Of a stretch of 64,000 bases of DNA, positions 12,320-24,900 are shown piece after piece (the first letter of the stretch is position 1; every line of letters begins with the position of its first letter). The position numbers and the translations under genes were made by a program. The notes beneath the pieces were generated by a model that made no database searches, had not been told where the DNA came from, and saw only the letters and a program-made list of their open reading frames with translations. This DNA comes from Haliotis rubra (Eukaryota). The stretch is taken from the NCBI RefSeq assembly GCF_003918875.1, contig NW_025767035.1, positions 3,410,001 to 3,474,000 of the forward strand, written 5' to 3'.

Positions 12320-15300
12320 ATGTCTAAGGTAAAACACTGCCTCGCGATAAACTGTATACATCCCTCTATTCTCACATACGATCTGGCGTTAACGTTAAGC
12401 GTAAGCTGACTCTCTCTCACAGCAATTCTGTTGCAAATTGGTGTATCTGTTTCTGCTACAAAGCTGCACCGTGACTGTGTGATTCTCCAAGTCTATTTCA
12501 CAAATGAATACCGATAACAACTGACATAAATATGATACCGCATTGCCTCTATTAGACGTCAGGATGTAATATTTTAAGTTGGCCCAAACTCTGCTAAAAT
12601 GCATAAAAGTACAGTGACAAAATATGTGTGAAAATATGTGTCATATGAAAAAGAACATGGTATCGCCACGCTTATGTATGAAACTGTTCTCTTTATTAGT
12701 AAATTGTTACATAATAAGACGTTATTTGTTTTTCTAATCATTCATAAATTTGTCTAATGTTTGCGCTGTTTAAGATGGGGTATGTAGAGAGTAAGCTATG
12801 CTCATTTTGTAAAAATGCACCAGAAAGCGGAATTCATCTCTTTCACGACTGTCCAAAATCTAAAAACATATGGAATCAATTTTCCAATTGGATAAGAACA
12901 AAAACAGATATCACATTGAATATCGATAAGAAGAAAATCATATTTGGATTCTCTGATAAAAGGAACGATGTCCTTAATCTCCTGACAACAGTTGTCAAAT
13001 TTACTCTTTTTAAAATACGAATATATACTTGTACACCAAGTTTCGATACGATCAGAAATGAAATAAGTAAAGGTTACAATATCGAGAGAACAGCTGCCAT
13101 CTCTTCTTGTAATTTTACCAAATTTGTTGGATTTTGGTCTGATTGTCACCAATTGTTTGATTGATACTAACGTTACTACCGACCCATTTTCCTACAGTGT
13201 CATTTGTTATAATATGCTTGCCAAACTATGTATACAAACGCATGGTTATATTTGACTGTTATTTGATGTCATGGTTTTGTACCTAAAAAAAGATGAATAA
13301 AAAAAAGAAAAGATTTATGTATGGCATAATGTGATGCTATTGTGATTAGCTTGCTCGTACCATGGCTTGGGCCTACAAATTTATCAAACTTGATGATGTC
13401 TGACAAATTAATTATCTTGCCTTAAATTTGGCAAACCTAGTGACGATGGACCTCGTTCTGGCTTGGTCTATACGATGTGCTTCTATCATGTGAACTCTCT
13501 CAAAGTCCATGTTCGATCTTGGGGTTAATTAACTTTGATTTCTGAAAAGTTTGTATGATTTCTTCTTAGTTTAGTAATTTTTACATAGACCAGATTATCC
13601 CTCACAGATCTTGACTGGACTGGATCATTGTCACTAGACACAGTCTTCACTTCTCTTTCTGGTTTAATTGCAGCTCAGTGTTCATGCTTTGGGTATCTAT
13701 CGGTCAGTTTGGTAAGACAGCAGTTAAATGGAAACTTTGGTGTTTGCAGCAGGATTGACATTTCAGCTAGTTCATTAAAAAATCTGTTTACTCTTGTATA
13801 GATGATGATTCTCTACGGCCACTCCCAGAGTTCCTGCACCTGGAGAGTGAGAATAGGTACGTTGGGAATTTATGCGAAAGTGTAATGGTAATGGATACCT
13901 AAGAAAATACTAGTTTTGGCAGTAAATGCAGCTTGGTTACTTTCAATGTTTGCAGTTGTTTGTAATATATACTACACGCAGTTCAAATTACGATATCACA
14001 CTATCAGTTGAACCGAAGACTATTTACAATCCACAAAAGTACCATTATTAAGCCTGCGTGGGAGTGATTTTGGGAAATAGAGTTCATGGTCTACAGATGC
14101 TTGTAACAGCCGCGCGACTACTGTGGGGGTGGTTCAACTGGCTTGGATAGTTACTGCCACGCGCCTGCCTGCCTGGCCCTGAATCGGGGATTTACAGGTG
14201 TTGTATGTACAGTGAGTGAGTGAGTATGGTTTTACGCCGCTTTGGCAATATTCCAGCGACATCACGGCGGGGGACTCAAGAAATGGGCTTCACACATTGT
14301 ACCCATGTGGGGAATCGAACCCGGGCCTTCGGGGTGACGAGCGAACGCTTTAACCACTGGACTACCCACCCGCCCCGTTGTATGTACAGGCAAACGGATA
14401 GAGTTTTATGTACAGAAGTAGAACACAGTGACCGTAACGTACTGCTGTTCTATTTTCAGCTCTGGCTATCAAAGGAATGCAATATGAAGAAGTTTCCATG
14501 ACGGATGATGCAATGGTAGGATAACTACCCCATGGTTTAGAGACTGTTGACTCTTTGTCAACTCACAGTAGTCACTCACACATAAATGCAATCATTTGGT
14601 CATGAGATTCAGAATGTGACATGTTCATACCATGCCCGTTGACGAAGTAATCAGTTATTCAATCTTACCAAGTGCGACTTCACCAAACGAAAGACAAACC
14701 CACCAGCCCAGGTAGATCTCGGACTTCGAATGAAGGGGCAGAAACTGAGGGTATATTAGTATTAGCCCCTTTAAAGTAGATTTTGATTCTGACTCAATAA
14801 TCAGCGGAACTTAATTTGATAAATCTAGAGTTGGCGACAAGCACATCTTGAGAAGAGACGATACTTCAGGAAAACAACACAAGCGAGTCTATAATTAAGA
14901 TGATATTGACACCCTGACCAGATAAGAGTATTGTTTTATGTAGAGAGGTACACCAGACATCAACGATTACGTTTATGTTGTTGACGTTTTAGTTGTCGTT
15001 AGGGTCTTGGCTGGGTTATACAGTGTTCTGTAATTATCTTCAGTTACGAATATATTCATGGCGAATAAGCATCTGAATGTCATGCTGTCGGTCTCTTCGT
15101 GTGTTCTTTTCTTCGTTTCTTGGTCTGGAACAGTTGGAGATATGGGCCCCGAACGACAAAGCGTTCGTACCATTACAACCTGTCGGAACTCTGTAGTTTA
15201 AACATGGACTTACGAATGCCGTAGCGCTACGAATGCTTTGTGGATCTGGTCACAGAACGTTTATGGAAGCTTTGTATTGTCAATGTCAGTTTACATTCAT

Positions 15301-18300
15301 ATACCAACCAAATAATAGTAAAATATTTAGTTTTATTTACATAGCTGTAGTAAACTGTATTGTCTGTTTTTCGAATTTACCATTTCGTGTATAAGAGCTA
15401 ATTGAAATTTTGTTGTTGTACAAGGTAACGCTCGAATCATAAATAGAATGAGAAATTATTTCCGTCAGACTGAATACTATTCGTCAGTTAAAACAGTGAT
15501 TTATCTGCTTTCATTTGAATTTATCCATGTGTCATGCATAGCATTATCTTGTACACATGAATTCATAACAGTATGGGGTGTTTGTATTTCGTTTTGTTTT
15601 TCTGATCGTGTTGCATTATGTGCAGAGTAAATATGGCATGAGCACTATTGTTCTAAAATCTGATACGTATAGTCTGTTGGTCCCATTATATTAGCTTCAA
15701 ATTACAGTTTGGATATAGGTGACGAATACTTCTGTGGTTACGTTTTGCAGCTAAACTGCCCCGCCTTCTTGAAAGCCAGCCCTTTAGGACAGGTGCCTGC
15801 TCTTATTCATGGCGAATCGTGTTTGACGCAGTCGGTTAGTAAACAAATATTCCATTTATGTAACCTTACAAGTGATTATTCACATGAACTATCATTGATC
15901 AATACCAATTTCCAGGCATCATACCAAAGTATTTTTGTTTTTTGACTACACGGACACGTGGAGATCCGGGGTAGAATTGATCTTCAGTAACCCATGCTTG
16001 TCGTCAAAGGCGAATAATGGGATCGGGTTGTCAGGCTCGCTGACTTGGTTGACACATGTCATCGTATCCCAATTGCCTAGATCGATGCTCATGCTGTTGA
16101 TCACTGGATTGTCTGGTCCAGATTCGATTACTTACATACCGCCGCCATATTGCTGGAATATTGGTGAGTGCCACATAGAACTAAACTCACTCATTCACTA
16201 TTTGACCACACGAACTCTTCGTTCCATCATCTTAGTTCAACAATACTTTTAACTGAAATGATATTTGTACAAAAAATAGAATTAAAAGTATTATCATGTG
16301 TGACTAATCCATTACAACATGTGACCTAAATACGTTGTAAGTTGTAACTAAACTTTATCCGGGTCGGAACGTTCCTTCTTATTGGTGTATCAGTGGCAAT
16401 GATGGCGGTTATTTGACTTGTACCGTATGTTACCGTGTTTTTTGCAGATAAATAACTGACCTGCATGGTTTCGTGACTGTTGCATCTAGTTCTCAACTTT
16501 TCGCGAACACCTGGTGTCATCACTGTTTGATAGTGATTCATAAACACATGCTCATGATATAGTCGGAATCATACAAGATATATTTTCGCCTATATGTCTT
16601 CCAGATAGCCATCATAGAGTACCTGGAAGAAATACAACCCAACCCACGGCTGCTGCCAGTGGACCCAGTTCTAAGAGCGAAGGTATGTTCACTTCCATTG
16701 TTCCTGAGTGTGAGACGAATCCTGCATTTCAGAAGAACATTAATTTTGCATCATCCTTTATTCACCCATGTTGACTGACTGACTGAGTTTGGTTTTACGC
16801 CGCTTTTAGCAATATTCCAGCAACATCACGGCGGGGGACACCAGAAATGGGCTTCACACATTGTACCAATGTGGGGATTCGAACCCGGGTCTTCGGGGTG
16901 ACGAGCCAACGCTTTAACCATTAGGCTACCCCACCGCCTCTCACCCATGTTGAGTTGAATGGTATAATTTTGAAAGACATAATCTCTGCTGTGATTGTGA
17001 AGTCTTGTGTTCGCCATACATCCGTTTTCTGTTATATATGTCATTTGCTTGCTACTATACTCTACGTTATCATGGGCTCACATTTTTTGTTGCATAAAAC
17101 CAGTGCTCCCTGTTCGTCGTATAATCTATATGAATGAATCCACAATATGGAAGTGTGTGTGTATTCTGGAGATTGATTTACATAGGAGAATGTTCTGTGT
17201 TATCTTGATGTATAATTCCCATGAATAAATGTTCTATATTTTCTTATGTATAATAACCCATTAATCAATGTTCTCAATGCCCTTGGTGTAAAAATCCCAT
17301 GAACGAATGTTTGGAATGCTCTTCGTGTACCACCAACGTCCCTGAATGTTCTGCGTTTCATAGGTGTATAATTAACTTTTAATTGAGTTGTCTATATTCT
17401 CAAAGTGTATAATTCAGAAACAATGTGTTGTTGAGGTATATATTGGCTGTCTGATCTGTGTTGTTAAGGTATATACTGGCTGTCTGATCTGTGTTGTTAA
17501 GGTATATATTGGCTGTCTGAGTGTTGTCAAGGTATATATTGGCTGTCTGATCTGTGTTGTTACGGTATATACTGGGTGTCTGATCTGTGTTGTTAAGGTA
17601 TATATTGGCTGTCTGATCTGTGTTGTTAAGGTATATACTGGGTGTCTGATCTGTGTTGTCAAGGTATATATTGGCTGTCTGATCTGTGCTGTCAATGTGT
17701 ATATATTGGCTGTCTGATCTGTGTTCTTTAGACCCGGGCACTGGCGGAGACAGTTGTATCATCTATCCAGCCATACCAGGGCAGCAATGACACCTTGGTG
17801 TCCAGAGTTGGAGGGGCAGAGAAATTTAAGGAATGGGCCGAATTTTGGATTAATAGAGGGTTTGCTGGTATGGACGAACCTTCGGAACAACAGAGAGCTA
17901 AAATGAACGTTGTCACATGTAATTTTTCTCTTCAATTTCAGCCATGACTTCATTATAGTGACGAAATGATTAGTTCCAACAAAGCTCCCTAAATGTCCCT
18001 TGGGGATTATCCCAAATTGATATACATAGTAAGAATTCAAATGTGGGTATTTACCATTAGCCAAATCCACACTGTAAAGTTCACAATGCTCCTTTTTGAT
18101 TGGTGAATTCGATTTTCATTCTGAGCAAATGGTATTTATGATGAACTTCGCTGTATGTATACTCTTAATCTCATGACTATATAGATGAAAAAAAACTCCA
18201 TACCGACGCAATGTTAAATTGTCTCTCACTCCTTAAATTCACGAACTCAGTCATTCTCTGCAAGCTGGGAAGTATTCAACCAAAGACTCATGTAAGGCGC

Positions 18301-19840
18301 TTAACAGCCACATTACCTTCTCATCCAACTCAACTGTCCATTTAATGTGAACAGAAGCACATTTGAACGAAGCCTATGGACTATTTAAGGTCCACTGGTG
18401 CAACATGTGATTCTGTGCTGGGCAGGACGGAAGTCCTCGAAACTCTCTGGCCTTCGAGTCAAGCTGCCTCACTCTGCGACTTCACCATATTTACTATATT
18501 ACTATTAGACATGTTCACTGATTGGTAACCAGACGTCTTTTCAGTGCAACAAGTTTTGAGCTTTCAATTATACACATAGCTAAAACATATTAAGAGGGCA
18601 GTGTCCTAAAATGAAATTCAATATGCGAGCAATTCCATCACCCAAACATATCCAGGAGTCGCAGTTTGGGTCAATTCATGCTGGAAGTTTTCATGCTGTT
18701 GCCATTGATTCTTATCATACTCAAACTGTTGCTCATCAACCCATACCTTATTTAGATATGGGTATTGTTTTACTACTACCATTGCCGTTTCATTTTATGA
18801 AATTGCTGACTTCCAGCCATTGAAGTGATGCTGAAAGAAACGCATGGGAAATGCTGTGTTGCTGATGACGTCACCGTGGCGGATCTGTGCATGGTGCCCC
18901 AATATAACAACGCCGTCAATAGGTGAGAATATGAACGATGAGTTTACCATTGTTTGGAAGACGTGCAGGGGCAGTGGGACACCCTTGTTGTTAAAGCCTT
19001 CGTACGTCACGCCAAAGAGGTGAGGTGAGGTGAAATTGGGTTTAACGTCGTGCTTGAGAATATTTCGCTCATATGACGACGTGCATGCGTGTGTATGTGT
19101 ATGTGCGGCTGCTTGTACTAGCCCAGACTGAAGCTGGTTTGATAGTGCTAGCCCACTGAGATACCATGCCGCAGTGAAGCATGAATACCCCACTCAGACA
19201 CATTATACTGACTCCGAGTCGACCAGTCCTTGTTGTACCCATTAATGCCGAGCGCCAGGCAGGGACCAACAAGTACCATATTTTAACGTCTTTTGGTATG
19301 ACGCGGTCGGGGATCGAACCCGCGACCTTCCGCTCTCCGGGCGGACGCTCTAACCACGCCAAAGACGCGGCCTTGATTTGCCATAGGGGTACATTGTGTG
19401 AAGCCCATTTCTGGTGTACCTCGCTGTGATATTGCTGGAATATTGCTAAAATCGGCTCCCTCCACATTAGGTGATATAAGAATCGCTACATCCACTCCAT
19501 TATATCTTCACCCATTTGTGGAACAACGCCTCAGCATACAGTCAATGAGCAAACTGCATATGTCACATGGTCGTGCAGGTCTCCCAAGAGGGAGCAATGG
19601 GAAAGGAAAATGCGACCGATTAAAAGATGGATAGTTTCTTGCAACAGCGAACGTAGCACTGTTTCTGTAGCGGTGTATTGTAAACGTTGTTGTGTGAAAC
19701 AAACATGATCTTTCAGTTTGTAATTTCTGTTTAATTTCAGATACAATATTGATGTCAGTCGATATCCAACGATGTCGAAAATAGCAGACCACTGCTTAAA
19801 ACTGGAACCGTTTTCCTCAACAAGGCCAGCAGTTGTGTAG
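12320..19840 (+). CDS. GSTZ1: Glutathione S-transferase zeta / maleylacetoacetate isomerase-like, 207 aa (exons 12320-12328, 13802-13856, 14460-14515, 15751-15834, 16605-16682, 17732-17867, 18817-18922, 19741-19840)
   Basis: Spliced peptide contains ILYGHSQSSCTWRVRIALAIKG, SPLGQVPAL, LTQSIAIIEYLEE, PRLLP, IQPYQ, CVADDVTVADLCMVPQ, RYNIDVSRYPT. All introns are GT-AG with consistent phases, total 624 nt. The 9-nt first exon (ATGTCTAAG|gt) is the least certain part. Confidence 0.93.
12757..13312 (+). mobile_element. 5'-truncated L1/Tx1-like LINE fragment (C-terminal zinc-binding region and 3' end)
   Basis: LCSFCKNAPESGIHLFHDC motif typical of LINE ORF2 C-termini, followed by AATAAA and an A-rich tail; homologous to 50570-51495. 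Confidence 0.75.
14213..14376 (-). mobile_element. tRNA-derived SINE, family 1
   Basis: A/B-box head (TAGTCCAGTGG ... GGTTCGATTCCC), (ACTC)n tail, 13-bp TSD GTTGTATGTACAG. Confidence 0.9.
15953..16198 (+). mobile_element. SINE-like retroposon, family 2
   Basis: Homologous to 40789-41061; AACTCACTC tail. Confidence 0.85.
16775..16940 (-). mobile_element. tRNA-derived SINE, family 1
   Basis: Same body as 14213-14376; 13-bp TSD TCACCCATGTTGA. Confidence 0.9.
17424..17725. repeat. 33-bp minisatellite (about 9 copies) abutting the GSTZ1 exon-6 acceptor
   Basis: Unit TGTGTTGTTAAGGTATATATTGGCTGTCTGATC. Confidence 0.95.
19019..19354 (-). mobile_element. V-SINE-like tRNA-derived element inserted into a family-1 SINE
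   Basis: tRNA head with GGTTCGATCCCC, central GTCATACCAAAAGACGTTAAAATATGGTAC...CCCTGCCTGGCGCTCGGCATTAATGGG resembling the V-domain, (TCACC)n tail, 11-bp TSD CACGCCAAAGA (19008-19018 and 19355-19365). Confidence 0.8.
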
Positions 19841-20029
19841 ATGCTTGGTGTAGCAGGAGACACCCATTTCAAACACAGTGATATTATTTACTGTGTTAAC
19901 TGATACAATTTTGATAAAGGTTTTTATTCAATTTGAATAAGCGTCTGTTTTAATTCAAACATATTTTGATGTTCTTAGCCTGCTGAAGTTTTCCAACAGT
20001 TTCCAAATTATTTTTGAATACATTATTCA

Positions 20030-20170
20030 GTGATTTTGAGTTTTACGACGCTTGTTGCAATATTCCAGCAATATCAAGGCGGGGGACAAATTGTACCCAT
20101 GTGAGGAATCGAACCCCGGCCTTCGGCGTGACGAGCGAACGCTTAACCACTAGGCTACCCTACCGCCCCA
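20030..20170 (-). mobile_element. tRNA-derived SINE, family 1 (internally deleted)
   Basis: Homology to 14213-14376; AATACATTA on both flanks. Confidence 0.8.
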
Positions 20171-21465
20171 ATACATTAGTGTACAGGTATTATTGGTAAT
20201 GACATTGGTGAGTCCCTACATTGGGAGGTAATCCCAGACCAGGACCGGAAATTGTGAGTGTATAGGAGACAAACAGTATGCAATAAGTGCCAATAACCGT
20301 TCCATCTATGCTCTTAAAGTAACTGTAATGAAGATATGTTCCATCTGTTGAAAACCGTGTCGTATGACAATAGTGATATCAAGATAAAAGCAAGTGATGT
20401 CACCCAATACACAATTTAACCTGAACCAGGTATTCCGAAATGGTTCATCCTATATTATGTATTGGTGAACTGTTTCGCAGGTGCTTGTTTTGTAATTTAC
20501 TAGCGGCAGCCGTCAAGGATACCCACTTTCTCCATACATATTCATGTTATGTGCAGACATACAAAAGATAAAGGAATCAAAGGAAAACAAGTAGAGTCTT
20601 GGATTCAGAGATCAACTTGGAAATTAACAAAATGCATGTGGATGGAATATGAAAAACAGCTCGCCTCATTAAGCTCACACACATTAAATGTCCCTGTAAC
20701 AAAATATATCATCGAATTTCACGGTTTAAGATTTCCAGTAGTCATTACGAAAGTCAACCTGCGTACGAGCCCGTTATAAAACAGAACAGATAATGGTTTG
20801 AACATTTATATCATCTGAAACAATATGTAATTCAGTGTGGAGAGTCGTGTTATTTATTTGTGAAATACGGTCAAATAAGGATCAAATGAGAGTGTATATC
20901 TTTGTGGCACAATAGTAACATCACAGTGGATAGTTAAGCAGTTATATAATATAATGTAATAATGATATACTTTAAGATAAAGATATGATGTATCTGTGTC
21001 AAGTGTCAGTAATTTATCGAAACCTATAACATTAACACTGATTTGCTGACATTACAATTAATTAAAAATGCTGTTCTTAAGTTGCACTTGTATTTGTACA
21101 TATATATCCTTTGAATTTTAGCATTTTAAAGCATAACAATGTAAGTCTTTTGAATATAAAATATACAATTGATATAATTTGATTATTTGTTTTATAAACA
21201 ATATGTTGATAAAGAAGTTGAGAAATATGATTTGGACGCAGTTGGTGTACGGAATGTACCAGTAGGAAAGGGTCCAAATAAATATCATTCATACTATAAT
21301 TATTGAAGTATATTTATATTTCAGATGGACACATAGATTCAAACTTTTCCACATTATTGCTGATACACCAGTGATAATAATAATTGTTGTGACACTAAAT
21401 TCAATTGCCACATCAAACTACAGTCACTCCACGTTTACCGTTCCCATTCACGTTGTACAGAACTA

Positions 21466-21671
21466 AAAAAGCATACTAGAAATGACAAGTCTTTATGAAT
21501 GATCAACTTATTTAGTGTATAATAGCGACCTCTCGGTATAGATACTTACACCGTTTTCAAGCATGAGTATTTCTACCGAAACGTCGCTATTATACAATAA
21601 AGAAGTTGATCATCCACAAAGACTGGCAATCTCTATTATGTACAGCTTCTAGAATGCCTCTCAAACAGTTC
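21466..21671. mobile_element. Penelope-like terminal-repeat relic forming a long hairpin
   Basis: CCGAAACGTCG...AATAAAGAAGTTGA motif in an inverted arrangement; AGAACTA on both flanks; related copy at 33275-33408. Confidence 0.55.
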
Positions 21672-21905
21672 AAGAACTATACTCACAAACAATTATACAG
21701 GCATGCGCCACCTACTTATGCTGAATGAACATACAAAAATGAAGAGAGTAACAAAGATATATAAATGGGTTTTCTGTAGTTTACCCTTTGTGTTGATACT
21801 GGAGCAAGATGTGGAGTATTGTGTATAAACACATCGTTATAACCCGTCTGAACTACTTGGGTTATGAAGTATCAATATCTACGCGTGCCGTGACTAGGGA
21901 TTTTG

Positions 21906-24900
21906 TTAAATGTGAGTCGTCACAGTCTCCACTTGGTTGTCCTCTGAAACAAAAGAAAAATTCACACAGTTTTCATTTTCCCATATATATTTGACCGTGA
22001 AGCTTGTTTTTGTTCTAACTACTAAAATGAAAACATTTATGTTGACCAAACGGAAGACATAACTGACTTTCATTGATTTTTGAAAAACCTTTGGTTTGTC
22101 TCTGTCAAATCGTGATGACAACTCCGCCATATATCTGAAATATTGCTGAGTGAGGCGGAAAACACAACTCACTCACTCACTCACTCGTGATGACAACACG
22201 TTCGTGTTAGCTCGTTTTCGTTCGTCAAGGATGCATTTTAAATCGATGTTTTCTTCTTTCTTAGCTGTAGTCATGTATAAAAGCACATCTTACTGCTGAC
22301 ATTATTAGCTGACGATTTGTTCATGATGTATATTTCTTGAGTGAAAGTATCATCAACATACACGGAAAATCTTCAAAATATGTGATTGTTATTTAGTCTG
22401 TAGCACTATTATTTGTCCATCGATATGGCCTATATACTAGACAAACTTGTTATAAGACGTATTGAAAAATACTATTTCAAACGACACTTGTCACTATGTG
22501 TCCTGATTAAACACCATATTTGAACTTCTAAATCAATAATGGATAAAACGTTTGAACTCCATTCTGAGTGTCTCCATCGAGTTCAAACAGTACGGATCCA
22601 GTACGGATCATTTGATCAAACCCACAGACAACATAAATACATATGCATTTTGTGTCGTTTTTGGGTTTGATCGTATCGTCATCAGGTTCTAAAAGGTCTG
22701 AAATGGGATCTGACAGTTGCAGTTTCCGATACGATTTACGCGTGAGAAGAGTGAGTGACACACTGAGATGCTACAGCACAAACGTTTTTGACCGGACGTA
22801 AAATCACATACATTTGTGGATTTTCTACAAACTACACAGGACGTACCTTTGCTAATGTCATTTGTGTCTCCTTTAACGTTTTTTGTAATGGTAGAGTCAC
22901 CCAGTACCAGTCCTTTCAGATCAAAATGAAGCCACCTGCAATTCAGTTATATAGATCTAGCATGAATATCGCAACATATATATACCATCGTGGAAATACA
23001 CATTGCACAATATATAACATTATCTTATGGAATTTTTGTCGATATTCTTCCTAGGCTCTACAGTGACCACTCACAACATAATGGCTGCAGCAACGACAGA
23101 CAGACCAGCAGCCACCAAAAAGCTGAAGCCAGGGAAGAAATCAAGGGTTACTGGGTAGAGTTGGTTGAAGATCAGGGATGCTACCATGACAGCAACACTA
23201 TCCATGGCAGCCACGAGTCCAAACAAGCGCCCTGTATACAGATGATGAACACAGCGAAATCGAGCATGATATTGACACAGTTCACTATTTGTTACGAGGG
23301 GAGGAGTGCAGAGAAAGGGACAGTCAGGTGTTCGAGAACGGATGGAGACGGCACAGCACAGGTTAATGAATAAATAACTTTGTCTGTGAACGTGCTTCTC
23401 GAACACCTGGCTGTCCCTTTCTCTGCACTCCTCCCTCGTAACAAACAGTGAACTGTGTCAATATTTTAATGATAGTTTCTTAAACAACATTATTATTTTT
23501 AGGACAAAAATTCTGCAAAAAAACCTCACAGAGTTGGTATGATGTTTTGATTATGATCAGCGTTTCACTGAGAATGTTATGTTTATTAGTTTTCGAGTTA
23601 GATTGCAATTCATCGGTCCGCTTTTGAGCCAAACGGACTATACCCATTACCAACCATTTACGCGTGTACTAAATATATGACAAACCTAACCCTAGTCATA
23701 CGAGATTTCAAGGGTATTGAAATGCATGTCCTACAATCACAGCATTTACATATGTTACACATGTTAGGAAACACATGAAAACAATTGCCAGATTTACACA
23801 CCTGTGAAATACATGTAAATGCAGAGTTGAATGTTCGTTTATTTTAACACCCCTTTAAACGTGTGTAAATCTGACGGCCAGATGATACGTAGATTTCAAA
23901 CGTTGTTCATATGGCCGCCTGATGAAACGAGTATTTCCTGACGTTAGTAAATTTGGGTAATACAGTCATTTTGTGTGGTGTATCGATGCATCGATAGTGT
24001 TTCGTTTCTACCATCGATTAATTGCTATCGGAGACTCAACAATTGCAATGCACCGATAGTTCGACGCATCGTTACAGCCCTAGTCTAAAGTATACAGAAA
24101 CGATTACCCTGATTCAGATTTCGTTTTGTCCTGACCTTCACTCTAACACCTACCAACCAAACTGCAGCAGATACCACGTTTCATGTGATTAATGACATCA
24201 AAACGCGACTTACCTTGCTTCACCTGGCTGTACATACAGGACATGTTAATCCTAACAGGTGTAATCAAAGCTTTACTCTAGACACCTGGTGTCTTAACTC
24301 CTTTTCAGTTTCTCCTTTAAACACTTTTGGACTTTCTTTGCCCTGTACACCAAGTAGAATCCGTGTACGTTTAAAACAGAGATTGAAGTTTTATTTTGAC
24401 AGCGTTTCATATGTACTCCATTGTCTGTTTCAATTCTTACAACGTGCGACTTTACCCTGAGCCTTACCCTGTTCAGCCTGGTCGACCATATTGGACATGA
24501 GTGACCGAACAACAGCTGCTTGAAAGCCTTGGAACATGGCAATCACTGCCACTGAAATATAATGAAGTGATGGATGTTACCACTTTCACACATCAATATT
24601 TCGCAGATACATTTGATCTTAAATGACACTCCACCATCTGTTTTGTATTTTCAAATAATAATTTTGTGAGTGAGGGCCGAATAGCATATGCACATTTAAA
24701 ACAGTTGCACGTTACCTAGAAAGACTTGCCATGTCTGTTTGCTGAGTCCCAATACCACCAGACCGATGATTTTGGACGTGAAGCCCCAGAGTGCTACAGT
24801 GGTGTTCCTCAACTTCCTACACAGAGGCAGAACTGTGATCAGCATTAAACTACGAAGTAAGTTCTCCAGACCCTGATAGTAACCCAACGTTGTCTGTGAC

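Noticed and set aside
14213-14376. tRNA gene
   Set aside because: Only a tRNA-like head followed by a SINE body, tail and TSD; the same holds for the other copies.
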